Positions 20,201-27,874 of a stretch of DNA of 64,000 nucleotides are shown here, piece by piece; within the stretch, counting starts at the first letter, position 1; every line of letters begins with the position of its first letter. The notes under the pieces were generated by a model, which saw only the letters and a program-made list of their open reading frames with translations, was not told the DNA's origin and did no database searches. The translations under genes were made by a program, and so were the position numbers. The stretch comes from a virus. The DNA lies in the IMG/VR virus record IMGVR_UViG_3300025941_000667, positions 1-64,000 of that record; one strand, written 5' to 3'.

Positions 20201-23200
20201 AACCGGCATTTTGGGCGCTGTTCAGGTTGCCGTCTTCGGCTGGAACAAACTGCCGCACGAGTTCAGGACTCATGTTCTTTGCGTCCATGAACGCAATTTC
20301 TTTGGGCGACATACCGGCCACGCCAGGATTGTTGGCCTCCTGCGCAAACTTGACCCGGTTCGGAACTTCGGTCTGTCGAACCCGCACCAAGACAGGTGCT
20401 TTCATGTTCTGGATAGCCTGCGGGTCGAGACCCCAGCGGGGCGCATTGTCTACGAGCCACTGTTTGTAGTCGCCCGCCGTGCCGCGGGCGTAGGCTTTAC
20501 GCAGCCCCATGGTGCGGCCATTGCCGCTTTCTACGGTCTTGTCAGGGCCAACAATCGGAGCACCGGGAGATGGGGTAGGTGTATCGCCTAGCCGGGCAGT
20601 ATCAGGCTTATTCCCAATCTCTTCCACTTGAAGACGAAGTGATTGTTGATCACGGTTACGTGGTTGCAGTTCCTGCGGGTAATCAGGATTTGCGCGGTAA
20701 TTGTCATCGTGCGAGGTCACCAAGTCAGGCGCTTCCGCAACAGCTAACCGGGTATCAAATTTTGTCCCTGCTTCGGTGGTCACAGGATGGGGGTGGCCCA
20801 TCAGGAAGCCGGAAGGGGTTTCTTGTGGAGGCGGTTCTTGACTTTGTGAAGAGGATTGTGGTATAGTAAGGGGTGCTCCCAGTTCTGAACTAGGAGCACC
20901 AGACACGTTACTCGTAGGAGGAGCAACATGCCCTTGATCACTTGTGTCTGTTTTTTCTGTGGGACTCAATTTTTGCGGCGGCCTTCCCAAATCACTCGGG
21001 GAAGGGACCATACTTTCTGTGGTCTGCCCTGCCATTTTGCGTATCGTCGTGTCGGCAATATCACTGCGAAGGGATATCGAGTTTTTCGGATCAAAGACAA
21101 GCGGATCTCCGAGCACCGCTTGGTCATGGAGCGACACTTGGGACGACGACTTGATCCCACGGAGGACATTCATCACATTGACGGGAACGGACTGAACAAC
21201 GCTATTGAAAATTTGAGGGTCATGCAGCGCTCTGATCACAACGCTCATCATCATCCGTTGACTTGGGATATCGAAGCCGCCAAGGCCATGCTCACGAAAG
21301 GCCGGACTGTTCGAGAACTCGCGCAGACGATCGGCGTCAGTGAGAGTGCTATCGCGCATGCCTTGAAAAGGCGCAACATTTCCGTGAATAGGCTGAGGAA
21401 GGACGGGATGAACAGGAAAATTGAGGCTGCCCGCGCCTTGCGGGAGCAAGGATGGACCTTCCGGCGCATTGCTAGGGAGTTGGGTTTCTCCCTCAGTTAT
21501 CTTTTTCGTGCTTTGCGGTAACGATGACTCTTCTTTTGCGCTGGAAAGCGCGGTTTGGTGTGGCAGTTGCTCTTGACTTGGCGCAGGCTCTTCTGTCTGT
21601 TGTTCCGGCGTAGGAGCAGGTGCTTCTTGTGGAGCAGGTCCAGCTTCTACGACTTTCGGAGGTTCGTCCACTTTAGGAGATTCGAATTTCGGAGCCTCAG
21701 TTTCGAGAGGGGCTATGGGTTTCTCAGGAGCAGTCGGGACTTGGATAGGCGGCTTCTTTCCGCGTGCTAACGCTTCCGCAACCGTGCGCAGCTGGGCAGG
21801 CTGCATCTTATCCAAATGGGATTCCCCCGTGAGTTGCTTTGTCCACTCACCAAACGCTGGATTCTTCTCCGCATCGGATTCTATCCCATGACGCTGTGCA
21901 ATCGTATGGATATCTGTTGGACGTAAAGTGTATTCATTGCCCGGCTCAATAGTCTTATTAAGATTAGGATGTGCCTCAGTTGGAGCCTCTTCTTTTGTCG
22001 CTGGAGACAATATGGGTTCCGGCGCTGTCGGTGGAGTAACTGGTGGCGTTACCGGAGCTTCCTGCTTCGCCTTCGGCTGTATCCCGACCTCTTCAATCAT
22101 CTTCCGCAACGGACTCGCCTGCTTGATAGAGATGCCAAGTTCTTTACGAATTTCGGATATAGTTGGAACTCGACCAAGCCCCTGCGCATACTGGAGTGCG
22201 CGTTCTTCGAGACTGCCGGCGGGAGGAGCAGCAAGTTTTACTTGGGGCGGCTGTGCAACAATCGGGGGTGGCGACTGGGTCGATACTGGGGAAGTGGACT
22301 GCGCTGCATTGACATCTCGGAGAAATGGAGAGTCTTCAGGAACATCTACATAACGGATTTTCTTTCCGTTGACCGTCACAGTTGTGAGCGAGTATTTCTT
22401 CGGAAGACTCGCGGCGAGATTAGGAAAATCGGACTCATACAAACGCGCCATCCCTGGAGGAATACGCCCTTCACCATATTTTGGCGCTGGGGATGGCGCT
22501 TGTTCAGGTTGAACAGGGGGCTGTTCAGTTTTTGGCGCTGCCTGTTCAGTTTGAGGAGCCGGCTGTTCAAGAGGGGCGCCCTTTGCGGGTGGGGGGAGTG
22601 TAGGCGGCTGCGGGCCAGCTGGACGGAGCTTACGATAAGCCTTATCAATCGCTGACGTCTCTTGCGGCGTCAGATTCTTGACTTCCAACCACTTTGAGTA
22701 GAGTTCTTGGGCTTCGGGACCAAGAGCGGCAATGTCTTGTGGGGTGAGTTCTTGCCCGTCAGTCCAGCGGGTCAGTGCTTGATTTTGTGGGTCATTTGCC
22801 GGGGCATTCTTCCGTATATTTTTGAGCGTAGAACGAAGATTACTAGCAACCGCATCAACTGGCGCATCGTTAGGTAATCCCAAATCCTTTTTAAGGCCAA
22901 GATATTCCCGTTCACCTAATGACAACGGACGACCAAGAATAGACGAAGCCGAGAGTGGTTCACCAACAGCTTTTACACCAAGAGCAAAGCCACCGAGTTG
23001 CCCCGCCTGTTCACCGATCGCTTTCCCGCGCGCAGCGCCCGCAGGTCCACCAAGTGCACCTCCTGTCATTGTCCCAGCAACTTCAGTAAGTGGGGTGAGC
23101 GCTTTCGCTGCCGCCATGCCACCCACAATACCCATCGGGTGAGTAGCTAAGGCAGGAATCATGGAAAGTGCAAGAATATCGCCAACTCCAGGATTTGGTT

Positions 23201-24239
23201 CCGACGGTGGTGGCGTTTCTCCAGGTTGTGTTCCCATTGGCGGCAAAGGTTCCATACCCAGAGGCGAAGGAGGACCACCAAATGTTTTTTCATAGGCGCG
23301 TTCGAGCTGGGAAAGCAGAGGAATCCCCATTCCTTCAGGCGCTGATTTCTTTATTTCAGGAATCTGTCCAGGAATCCGCCACTGTGTATCAGGAGAAACA
23401 AGAGGAGGAGAAGTCACAGGAGCAGGGGTGGCAGGCGGGAGACTCGCTCCTGTGACTGGGGGGACAACGGGAGGAGCTGTAGGTTGGGAAAGAACGGGGA
23501 GAGGCGCACCAAAGGCGCCAAGCAACGCGCCGGTCTCTCCAGTAGGTAACTGTTGAGGAAAGAGGTCGGGGGCCGGGGCAGGCGGCATAAACTCTTTCGG
23601 AACAACACCCCCAAAGGTTTTCGCGTAGCGATAGGGGGCTTCGGCTTGTTCTTGAGGAGATAACGCCGCAAACTCCGGCGACTTGATAATCTCGGAAAAA
23701 GGAGGAGGAGTGGTCGAGACCGGCGCGGACGGTGCAGACTGCCCCGCGCTGGTAATCCGCGCCAGATAATCGCGGGTTTCCGGAGGAATACCACGTTCCC
23801 AATCAAACTCACCATACTTGTTAATTGCGGCCTTGACCGTACCAATCCCCGCATTGTAGGCAGCCAGCGCTTTGCGCTTTGACCCCAATTGGTCAATCAG
23901 CGACCGCATGTACTTTGCCTGCCCATACATACTCAGGTCAGGGTCGGAAGGGTCAACACCCTGTTCTAGCGCGGTCGCGGGGACGAACTGACTGACACCC
24001 TGCGCGCCCGCAGGCGAACGAGCAGCATTCTTCCAGTTACTTTCTTGTTGAATTTGACGGGCAAAAACATCAGGGTCGAGTCCATAGTGTTCCGCAGCGC
24101 GAGCAGCAACAGACTTACCAAAAGTATCGACATACCTCTGGGGGGCCTCTTTTTGTTGCTGGGGAGTGAGCGCCTGAAATTCAGGCGAGCGCATGATCTC
24201 TGCAAGAGATGGGGGAGCCAGTGGTGTCTGTTCAGCCAT
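14049..24239 (-). CDS. Giant DarB-like polyvalent virion protein: SLT lytic transglycosylase, DdrB-like ParB, SF2 helicase, N6-adenine MTase, MPN/JAB domain
   Basis: QQESNW..SPAGAQGVSQF..AAYNAG; LVTSH..YPQELQPRNR..VESGNGR; GPGTGKT, IILDESH, LSATP, AGREGISLHD, QIEGRIYRIG; YFPTP, LEPSAGHG, NPPY; HNHPGGNPAPSGDD..GHVII. Confidence 0.88.
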   Translation of the reverse strand: MAEQTPLAPPSLAEIMRSPEFQALTPQQQKEAPQRYVDTFGKSVAARAAEHYGLDPDVFARQIQQESNWKNAARSPAGAQGVSQFVPATALEQGVDPSDPDLSMYGQAKYMRSLIDQLGSKRKALAAYNAGIGTVKAAINKYGEFDWERGIPPETRDYLARITSAGQSAPSAPVSTTPPPFSEIIKSPEFAALSPQEQAEAPYRYAKTFGGVVPKEFMPPAPAPDLFPQQLPTGETGALLGAFGAPLPVLSQPTAPPVVPPVTGASLPPATPAPVTSPPLVSPDTQWRIPGQIPEIKKSAPEGMGIPLLSQLERAYEKTFGGPPSPLGMEPLPPMGTQPGETPPPSEPNPGVGDILALSMIPALATHPMGIVGGMAAAKALTPLTEVAGTMTGGALGGPAGAARGKAIGEQAGQLGGFALGVKAVGEPLSASSILGRPLSLGEREYLGLKKDLGLPNDAPVDAVASNLRSTLKNIRKNAPANDPQNQALTRWTDGQELTPQDIAALGPEAQELYSKWLEVKNLTPQETSAIDKAYRKLRPAGPQPPTLPPPAKGAPLEQPAPQTEQAAPKTEQPPVQPEQAPSPAPKYGEGRIPPGMARLYESDFPNLAASLPKKYSLTTVTVNGKKIRYVDVPEDSPFLRDVNAAQSTSPVSTQSPPPIVAQPPQVKLAAPPAGSLEERALQYAQGLGRVPTISEIRKELGISIKQASPLRKMIEEVGIQPKAKQEAPVTPPVTPPTAPEPILSPATKEEAPTEAHPNLNKTIEPGNEYTLRPTDIHTIAQRHGIESDAEKNPAFGEWTKQLTGESHLDKMQPAQLRTVAEALARGKKPPIQVPTAPEKPIAPLETEAPKFESPKVDEPPKVVEAGPAPQEAPAPTPEQQTEEPAPSQEQLPHQTALSSAKEESSLPQSTKKITEGETQLPSNAPEGPSLLPQGAGSLNFPVHPVLPQPIHGNVAPFQGMRDSTLTDADRLREFSNSPAFREHGLGGFDIPSQRMMMSVVIRALHDPQIFNSVVQSVPVNVMNVLRGIKSSSQVSLHDQAVLGDPLVFDPKNSISLRSDIADTTIRKMAGQTTESMVPSPSDLGRPPQKLSPTEKTDTSDQGHVAPPTSNVSGAPSSELGAPLTIPQSSSQSQEPPPQETPSGFLMGHPHPVTTEAGTKFDTRLAVAEAPDLVTSHDDNYRANPDYPQELQPRNRDQQSLRLQVEEIGNKPDTARLGDTPTPSPGAPIVGPDKTVESGNGRTMGLRKAYARGTAGDYKQWLVDNAPRWGLDPQAIQNMKAPVLVRVRQTEVPNRVKFAQEANNPGVAGMSPKEIAFMDAKNMSPELVRQFVPAEDGNLNSAQNAGFINQFFTDLVPKNEWPNYYMEDGSGLNTTGIQRVRNAIIAKAYGNPEMVTRIGEDPDANVKAIMNALVVTAPRFVKLQERIDAGARYPLNIASDLATAANTLSSLRAKGINVNNYLNNPQGALFGAPKATPFEKDVLDTLEKYARSGKKLGSLITRYLDAVETTGDPRQHELFGPKGPTPSKADLWSAALTYEGETGGGQTSLFSDEPASTTEGTPGAVPTAPEPTPPSSPSTQGEPPSPETGPEGEVPEPTTPGESPAEEPPAPVAAPASSRAAVTDLSDDDFENALQEAQPPAPPATPRPPRASRPQGASVPPRAPRAPRTPKVQATPEEQARQSLVNKGIDPTPARVARELQLLQEFGSLKEENAPYGAPAPPPVPDEARYERVKPLLLETLDDFAQMGRPLTDFFRDAITTYGQNAVPYLRRLRHDLQQEKQNVPHRGPSPEPDRPNGPPETPGAPSPVLNEPGGTQPNITGTGQGATGTGPLVAGDRGVPDTSPAAGGTSGNQRVYTPDGQLDLEKSATGDNEPSGSSGGGEAGSPTDEQRTADIVDDVQELGTATEGERLARQQDFNALPDADKRPTFGDARDIARTVPYLLPEQQNDVLKAEQRFFDADGKVKEHGMLFTNGPGTGKTFTGLGIAYRQFLAGKKNILVLAPTQELVETWATRAALVGLPLRPLTSTTENGGSGPVVTTYANMHQNISLVAPRTWDLIILDESHSMSSEKTGAVNETLRMFRALTGHHVAFLDWARTAYPREYERYDRVAQAMRHVSQDATDQEIMAMEREIQEAGDAVHAIEKRERPLYQKRWQEGDRPLVTFLSATPFAWAPNVDAAEGFLFHYVPPSRIFQEGLRGGSGYNAPDKQQAFMIQHFGYRMRTGKLTQPTADVNSEIMEQNFNQWLQDQGALVGRQLDVPFDYDRRFVLTPSAIGQDIDRGLDILRNGSGGVFDPLYRVAEQNFDFHKRQFLLEAIKAKEAIPQIQAHLDLGRKVVVFHDFNKGGGFHPFKFEKKDYVNEAQTIPVKQSNGTYKTETWYTHDLIDKFNREHTDLANLDFSDLEAPIDTLKKAFPEAVFFNGTVPKKKRSQAIDQFNSEQPGADPHRIIVVQSDAGREGISLHDTTGKYQRVNINLGMPSRPVATIQIEGRIYRIGQASNAIQRYMTTGTSWETRAFATSIAQRASTAENLGMGVLARGLRQSFIDAYGGAEHFTPYEGEGTGGKEYDKSVAAQQTLTGFAKAKTYYWAQQKLNARRDQRAGQDYFPTPEPIGFKMVEFADIRKGNHVLEPSAGHGAIGRFIPEDTTTKLIEPSAELANRARLANNKATVIEDTFENHHVSNKYQAILMNPPYGSGGKTAFEHLIKAAGHLAEGGRIVAILPRGGMADRRWEQFQELDSKEPGGNVYPIATINLPSVTFERAGTGVNTRLVVLQKASTPEAVRQIPDGPHLDLSDAKTINELFDRIEHINMPSRQENLADQLTSRGATLPPQGEPAGPKPLTTQTEHLDTRINKTVQKVNIRPTLSSDQYAKVAGFAKANSGGWSRFAKGFLFPTAEKAMAFRVATENHLKIEGVSEPTAEYGPDQVQSSYEQIALFPEPKTRADAKVHAEQLTQQLIPSAEDLSTAGGTLGRDRGTPDVITTAQAIRTDLEEKGFITLHGQELRTAQDLATIARVYRNKQYETFHIVYAQEGKVVDHEAFTSRLPGTVQVIPKGQESAFIQNIKDRILKIEDNGNGNVKWWLSHNHPGGNPAPSGDDRRFSSVVPALLDREGGGGRYAGHVIINFDTYAYIDPKGKSTHYALDRSVTGTEDPLEPNQAPIPHEVLGKMVLGSGSVALVGKELQAPTGWVAIVYRDATGRVRAAQSIHEQTFLDTEKAKAHLKAGLLRFGAAEAFAYVEQPSVATGTDKMYAAATKLIRSGALMDYVTPEISFNPSQQVKRADIFADENGEIPTFRVAAPKASYLPGMAPPVPPSPSKLGRWLTFKKHSARDGRNLRDISETNEGQKPLPLSNSATRGCRSRRTTLPRPSNSGCMTSRTTRLLTVSPRFLFSLSI
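18431..18892 (-). CDS. Probable overprinted gene (153 aa) in the +1 frame inside the giant ORF
   Basis: AGGAG SD 7 nt upstream of ATG; product looks amphipathic-helical while the host frame is a P/G/T-rich linker. Confidence 0.55.
   Translation of the reverse strand: MYHIAAPVLNRIARTVHLKHPALHRLFSMNQEELNQTLQEQAKALRAQGLSSPVIVAYQTLAPLLAEHQAISEYIHQTANLTLRNPLPEITSPAEAVAAAKRDHPLTNSEQQTLLTMFKNLVQPQKESVLPDNRTSTPSPMLTNAPPSETPET
20838..20867 (+). promoter_or_regulatory. Sigma70-like promoter for the nested HNH gene
   Basis: TTGACT-N18-TATAGT with TG in the extended -10 position. Confidence 0.65.
20872..20900 (+). promoter_or_regulatory. Inverted repeat/hairpin in the HNH leader
   Basis: GGTGCTCC-CAGTTC-T-GAACTA-GGAGCACC. 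Confidence 0.6.
20928..21521 (+). CDS. HNH endonuclease (Zn-finger, HNH, HTH) nested antisense in the giant gene
   Basis: CFFC..FCGLPC; GYRV..EHRLVMERHLGR.L...EDIHHIDGNGLNNAIENL....SDHNAHH; two HTH-like segments; AGGAGG SD. Confidence 0.9.
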   Translation: MPLITCVCFFCGTQFLRRPSQITRGRDHTFCGLPCHFAYRRVGNITAKGYRVFRIKDKRISEHRLVMERHLGRRLDPTEDIHHIDGNGLNNAIENLRVMQRSDHNAHHHPLTWDIEAAKAMLTKGRTVRELAQTIGVSESAIAHALKRRNISVNRLRKDGMNRKIEAARALREQGWTFRRIARELGFSLSYLFRALR

Positions 24240-24247
24240 GACTCACC

Positions 24248-25906
24248 TTAGCGATACATCTGCTGCAAGGCGCCCGGTATCGTGTTGACAGGAGCAGCAG
24301 CAGGAGCAGCGTTCGGCGTTGGGGGACGTCCTGTCTTGATAGTACCCCACGCTTGTTGCCATTCCGCCTTATTGCGTTGGAGAATTTGCCGCTGCGCGCT
24401 AATGACATCCGAGAGTTTTTGACCAAATGGGACCAACTTCGGGTCCATGAGCCGCACACCAGCCTTATCAATTGCTTGCTTCACTGTTGGATCTTGGAGA
24501 AGTTGGTCCCATTTGTTACTCGGGTCCATTGCCGTACTGACATACTGTGGCGGAAGCACGGCAGCAAGTTTTTGTAAGGTTTGCGATCCCTTATTGATAT
24601 CTTGCTGAATCCCTCCGGTAGACTGAGAAGCAGCAACGAGATTCGCACCACTGGCGTGACGAGATGCGCGAAAATCTAATGTCTCTGCCGGATTCATGGC
24701 AGGAAGGGGAGGATTGAGATTTTCGCGGCGCCGATTTTCTAGTATGACATCTTGCGCGAGCTCTGATTGCTTCCCCTCTAGTGAGGCTTGCTTTTGGGCA
24801 TCATTCATCATGTCCCATTTCTGCTGAGAGACCGAAGGGGGTTTCTGATGTTTCGGCTTAAAAGTACGACTTGCTTTCAGTGTTCCTTTATCCCCCACTC
24901 CTAATGTTAAAGAACTTTCCATATCACCCGCAGCGCCGGCACCTCCCCCAACTCCTCCTTGTAGGATAGCTGCGGTAGTAGCCGCTTGTCGCTTCAGTGC
25001 TTCTTGATCAGCAAGCATCTTTGCCACGCCTCCTACTCCAGCTTGTGTCGCAGGCAACCCACCATAAATTTGCATCGCATCGGACGGCGTTGACATGGGA
25101 ATGGTAGGAGGAGGTTTCACTCCAGCTCCTTCAGGTAAGGAGCCACTCGTAGGAGTCCACGTTGTGCTTGATGGTACGTCCGCATGCGGTTGAAAAATCT
25201 TCGGGAACTTGTCTGCCAAAGTGCCTTGTTTATAGATCGGCATGCCGCCAAAGTTCCCAATGGGAGGAGCCCCAGGAGTCGGCGGGGTAATCGTGTACTG
25301 CCCGCTCTGTATCATGGCTTGCGCAAGGGCTTGCCGTTGTACTCGCTCTTGTTCATCGCGGCCACCCAGCATATTGCCAAGATTCCCCGCAATCAGCGGC
25401 CCGGTCAGGTTTCCCCAGCCCATGCGCGTGCGTTTCCCAAAGATGGCCGGTCCCAGTGCACGGAGCGCCACGGCAATAGCCAAGTTACGCATATCATGGT
25501 TACCGCCGCCACTCGTATCAAGAAAAGGGGGCGTACCTGAAGTCGGGAGTGGCGGAGCTGAAGAACGCCCGAGTACGGTATCTAAGATTGACCCCAATAC
25601 TCCACCACTAGCCCCTCCCCCTGCGCCTGGAAGAGGCGCGGGCGCATCAAAGACACCTGGACCACTCCTATTAGGAAGGGGAGCGGGGGCATCGAAAACA
25701 GAGCCTGGCCCCATTGCTGTTCGTCCATCTGGTAGTGTGTGGGTAGGTCCTTCGACAATCATCCCAGGATCAACAATGGTCGGAGGCGGCTGGGCAACAA
25801 TTGGCGGCATTCTTCCAGAAACCATATCAGGCAGTGAGACTCCACCACTATTAAAAAGGTTGCGAAACGATTGACCAGCATAATCCGTAGGAGTAAGACT
25901 TGGCAT
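24248..25906 (-). CDS. Putative ejection/internal virion protein (552 aa)
   Basis: P/G-rich and helical, duplicated GPG(S)VFDAPAPLP; lies between nozzle and giant gene. Confidence 0.6.
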   Translation of the reverse strand: MPSLTPTDYAGQSFRNLFNSGGVSLPDMVSGRMPPIVAQPPPTIVDPGMIVEGPTHTLPDGRTAMGPGSVFDAPAPLPNRSGPGVFDAPAPLPGAGGGASGGVLGSILDTVLGRSSAPPLPTSGTPPFLDTSGGGNHDMRNLAIAVALRALGPAIFGKRTRMGWGNLTGPLIAGNLGNMLGGRDEQERVQRQALAQAMIQSGQYTITPPTPGAPPIGNFGGMPIYKQGTLADKFPKIFQPHADVPSSTTWTPTSGSLPEGAGVKPPPTIPMSTPSDAMQIYGGLPATQAGVGGVAKMLADQEALKRQAATTAAILQGGVGGGAGAAGDMESSLTLGVGDKGTLKASRTFKPKHQKPPSVSQQKWDMMNDAQKQASLEGKQSELAQDVILENRRRENLNPPLPAMNPAETLDFRASRHASGANLVAASQSTGGIQQDINKGSQTLQKLAAVLPPQYVSTAMDPSNKWDQLLQDPTVKQAIDKAGVRLMDPKLVPFGQKLSDVISAQRQILQRNKAEWQQAWGTIKTGRPPTPNAAPAAAPVNTIPGALQQMYR

Positions 25907-26715
25907 TAGAAGAGACTCCCACTGTTTTGTGAGGCATTAAAGGACTTCTGGAATTCACGAATCGCCGCAGGACCAAGAATGGATTGCAATACAGACATGA
26001 GGGTATTCGAGCCACGTTCCGTAGCGCCACTGACTAACGGTCCTTCATACTGGTGAATTGCATTCGCCCCTGCTTGAATCCCTGACTGCGCGGCGTTACT
26101 GAGCCCCTCTTGTAGGTTTCCACCCTGCATTGTGTCGCGCACTTGACCCTGCGCATTCTTCACGCCGGATTGAATCTGCGCAAGTTCCGGCGCAGCGAGT
26201 ATCCGTGCGGCATCCGGCAATTGACCGCTGAGCGCCATCTTGTAGAGATTGGCCGTCATGGACTGCAGCGGTCCAAAATCTTGCCAGTAATTGTTACCGA
26301 GATTCCCGGAGTAGTTCACCATGTCGCCAAGACTCAGATAATCGCCGGGATGAATCTTCGAGAGATCGTTAATCCCGCCCCCTCCCTGCACTGAGGAATC
26401 CGAGTATGGGGAAAACTGTCCTGCGCCTGCGGTCGGAGCACCGAAAGCTAAGCCCGGTCCAGCAGCGCCCCCAGAAGGCAGAGGGGGAGGCGTATAGCTT
26501 GGAGCAGCAGTGGGGGCAGGAGACGACCCTGCGGCGCCGTAGCCGCTCATATTCGGTGACGAAGGAGGCTTCGGCGTTTTCGGCGTAGACGGAGCGGCAG
26601 ACATGGATGTTGGAAACGGTGTCGTTGGAGCCACAGCGTCATTGCCGTATCCCATACCTGGCTGGACCTTCTTCATCGAGGAAGCAAAAAAGTTAGTATT
26701 CGCTTTGCGTGCCAT
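25906..26715 (-). CDS. Putative ejection protein (269 aa)
   Basis: G/S/Q-rich; coupled to neighbours. Confidence 0.55.
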   Translation of the reverse strand: MARKANTNFFASSMKKVQPGMGYGNDAVAPTTPFPTSMSAAPSTPKTPKPPSSPNMSGYGAAGSSPAPTAAPSYTPPPLPSGGAAGPGLAFGAPTAGAGQFSPYSDSSVQGGGGINDLSKIHPGDYLSLGDMVNYSGNLGNNYWQDFGPLQSMTANLYKMALSGQLPDAARILAAPELAQIQSGVKNAQGQVRDTMQGGNLQEGLSNAAQSGIQAGANAIHQYEGPLVSGATERGSNTLMSVLQSILGPAAIREFQKSFNASQNSGSLF

Positions 26716-26719
26716 AGTG

Positions 26720-27874
26720 TTACCTTATTTGACTAAGAGCATGAAGCAGGGCAGCGATGTTGACCCCGTGCGGCACTGGAAAGAATGCAGGGACTTGTGA
26801 GGCTTGGGGGACAGTAGATGTATTCCCAGTCTTATCTTCATAGAGTACCTTCCCAGTCTGAGGATTCACAAGGGTATTCCCGCGCCACATACCTGCCTGA
26901 TTCCCTTCGCGTGCAAAGCGCTGATACAGATCGGAAAACATTTTGGCTTGGTCATCATGAAGCGCAAGCGACGCTGCGGTAGCTTGATCTGGAGTCTGAA
27001 AAATCCCGAGATGCTTCCCGGTCTGTCGGTAGTTGCGCCGGGCTTCTCCGAGTGCAGTATAGTTGGGTTCTATCAACGCCTGACTAACGCCTGGGACATC
27101 AGACGAGGACGGTTGCCATTTTTCAATCTCACTCGGTTCATACAACATGCGCGCATCTTCACTGACGGTAGGGACAAGGGCTTCCCCTTCTGGGGTGCCG
27201 AATGACATCGAATGCACAGTGCTAATGGAACCGTCAGGATGCTTCACAAACGGACGGTGTAACACATCAATGTTGCCAGGCGTCAATAAACCAGGAGGGA
27301 ACGGGCTTCCTGGGGGTGGAGAAAGTGGTGAACTTCCTACAGGGGCAGGCATCAGCCCTGCTGTTGCATCTTCTGGCCATCCGAGTTTCATGGCCGCTTG
27401 CACTTCAGACGGAAAATCATTGTGGGAATAAGGTCCTTCATCAAAGGCAATGTCTCCCTTTTTATACGTCCCTACCGGGCTATCCTGTTGCGCGAGTAAA
27501 CGAAAAGGTTGCGTCTTTGTCCACCCTGGCGCGGTAGGAGACGCATACTGTGAATCTTTTGAGAAACTGTGATGATACGGAGTTTTCCACACGTCTGAAA
27601 AATGCAGTTGTTTATCGTTAAGATTTTCTTTTGTTACAGCCCGCGGATCACCCGCCTGTGCTGCTTGCCACCATCCCCGGTAATCGTAATCAGATGTCGG
27701 ACTTAAATCAGGTTGAAACTCTATCTTGTTACCAAATCGTGACTGGGCAGCCTTCATAAAAATCTGCTCTAACTGAGGAGGAAGAGTTGTTTGAAACGTC
27801 GTAGCGGTAGGGTCTTTTACCCATTGATTTGCCAGCGCCCGCTGCAGCAATCCTTGAGGATCAGGTTGGGGCAT
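26720..27874 (-). CDS. Putative internal virion protein with two compact motif blocks
   Basis: DYDYRGWW..HFSDVWKTPYHHSFS and GNID..HRP.VKHPDGSISTV.SMSF..LVPTV..TGKHLGIF. Confidence 0.6.
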   Translation of the reverse strand: MPQPDPQGLLQRALANQWVKDPTATTFQTTLPPQLEQIFMKAAQSRFGNKIEFQPDLSPTSDYDYRGWWQAAQAGDPRAVTKENLNDKQLHFSDVWKTPYHHSFSKDSQYASPTAPGWTKTQPFRLLAQQDSPVGTYKKGDIAFDEGPYSHNDFPSEVQAAMKLGWPEDATAGLMPAPVGSSPLSPPPGSPFPPGLLTPGNIDVLHRPFVKHPDGSISTVHSMSFGTPEGEALVPTVSEDARMLYEPSEIEKWQPSSSDVPGVSQALIEPNYTALGEARRNYRQTGKHLGIFQTPDQATAASLALHDDQAKMFSDLYQRFAREGNQAGMWRGNTLVNPQTGKVLYEDKTGNTSTVPQASQVPAFFPVPHGVNIAALLHALSQIR

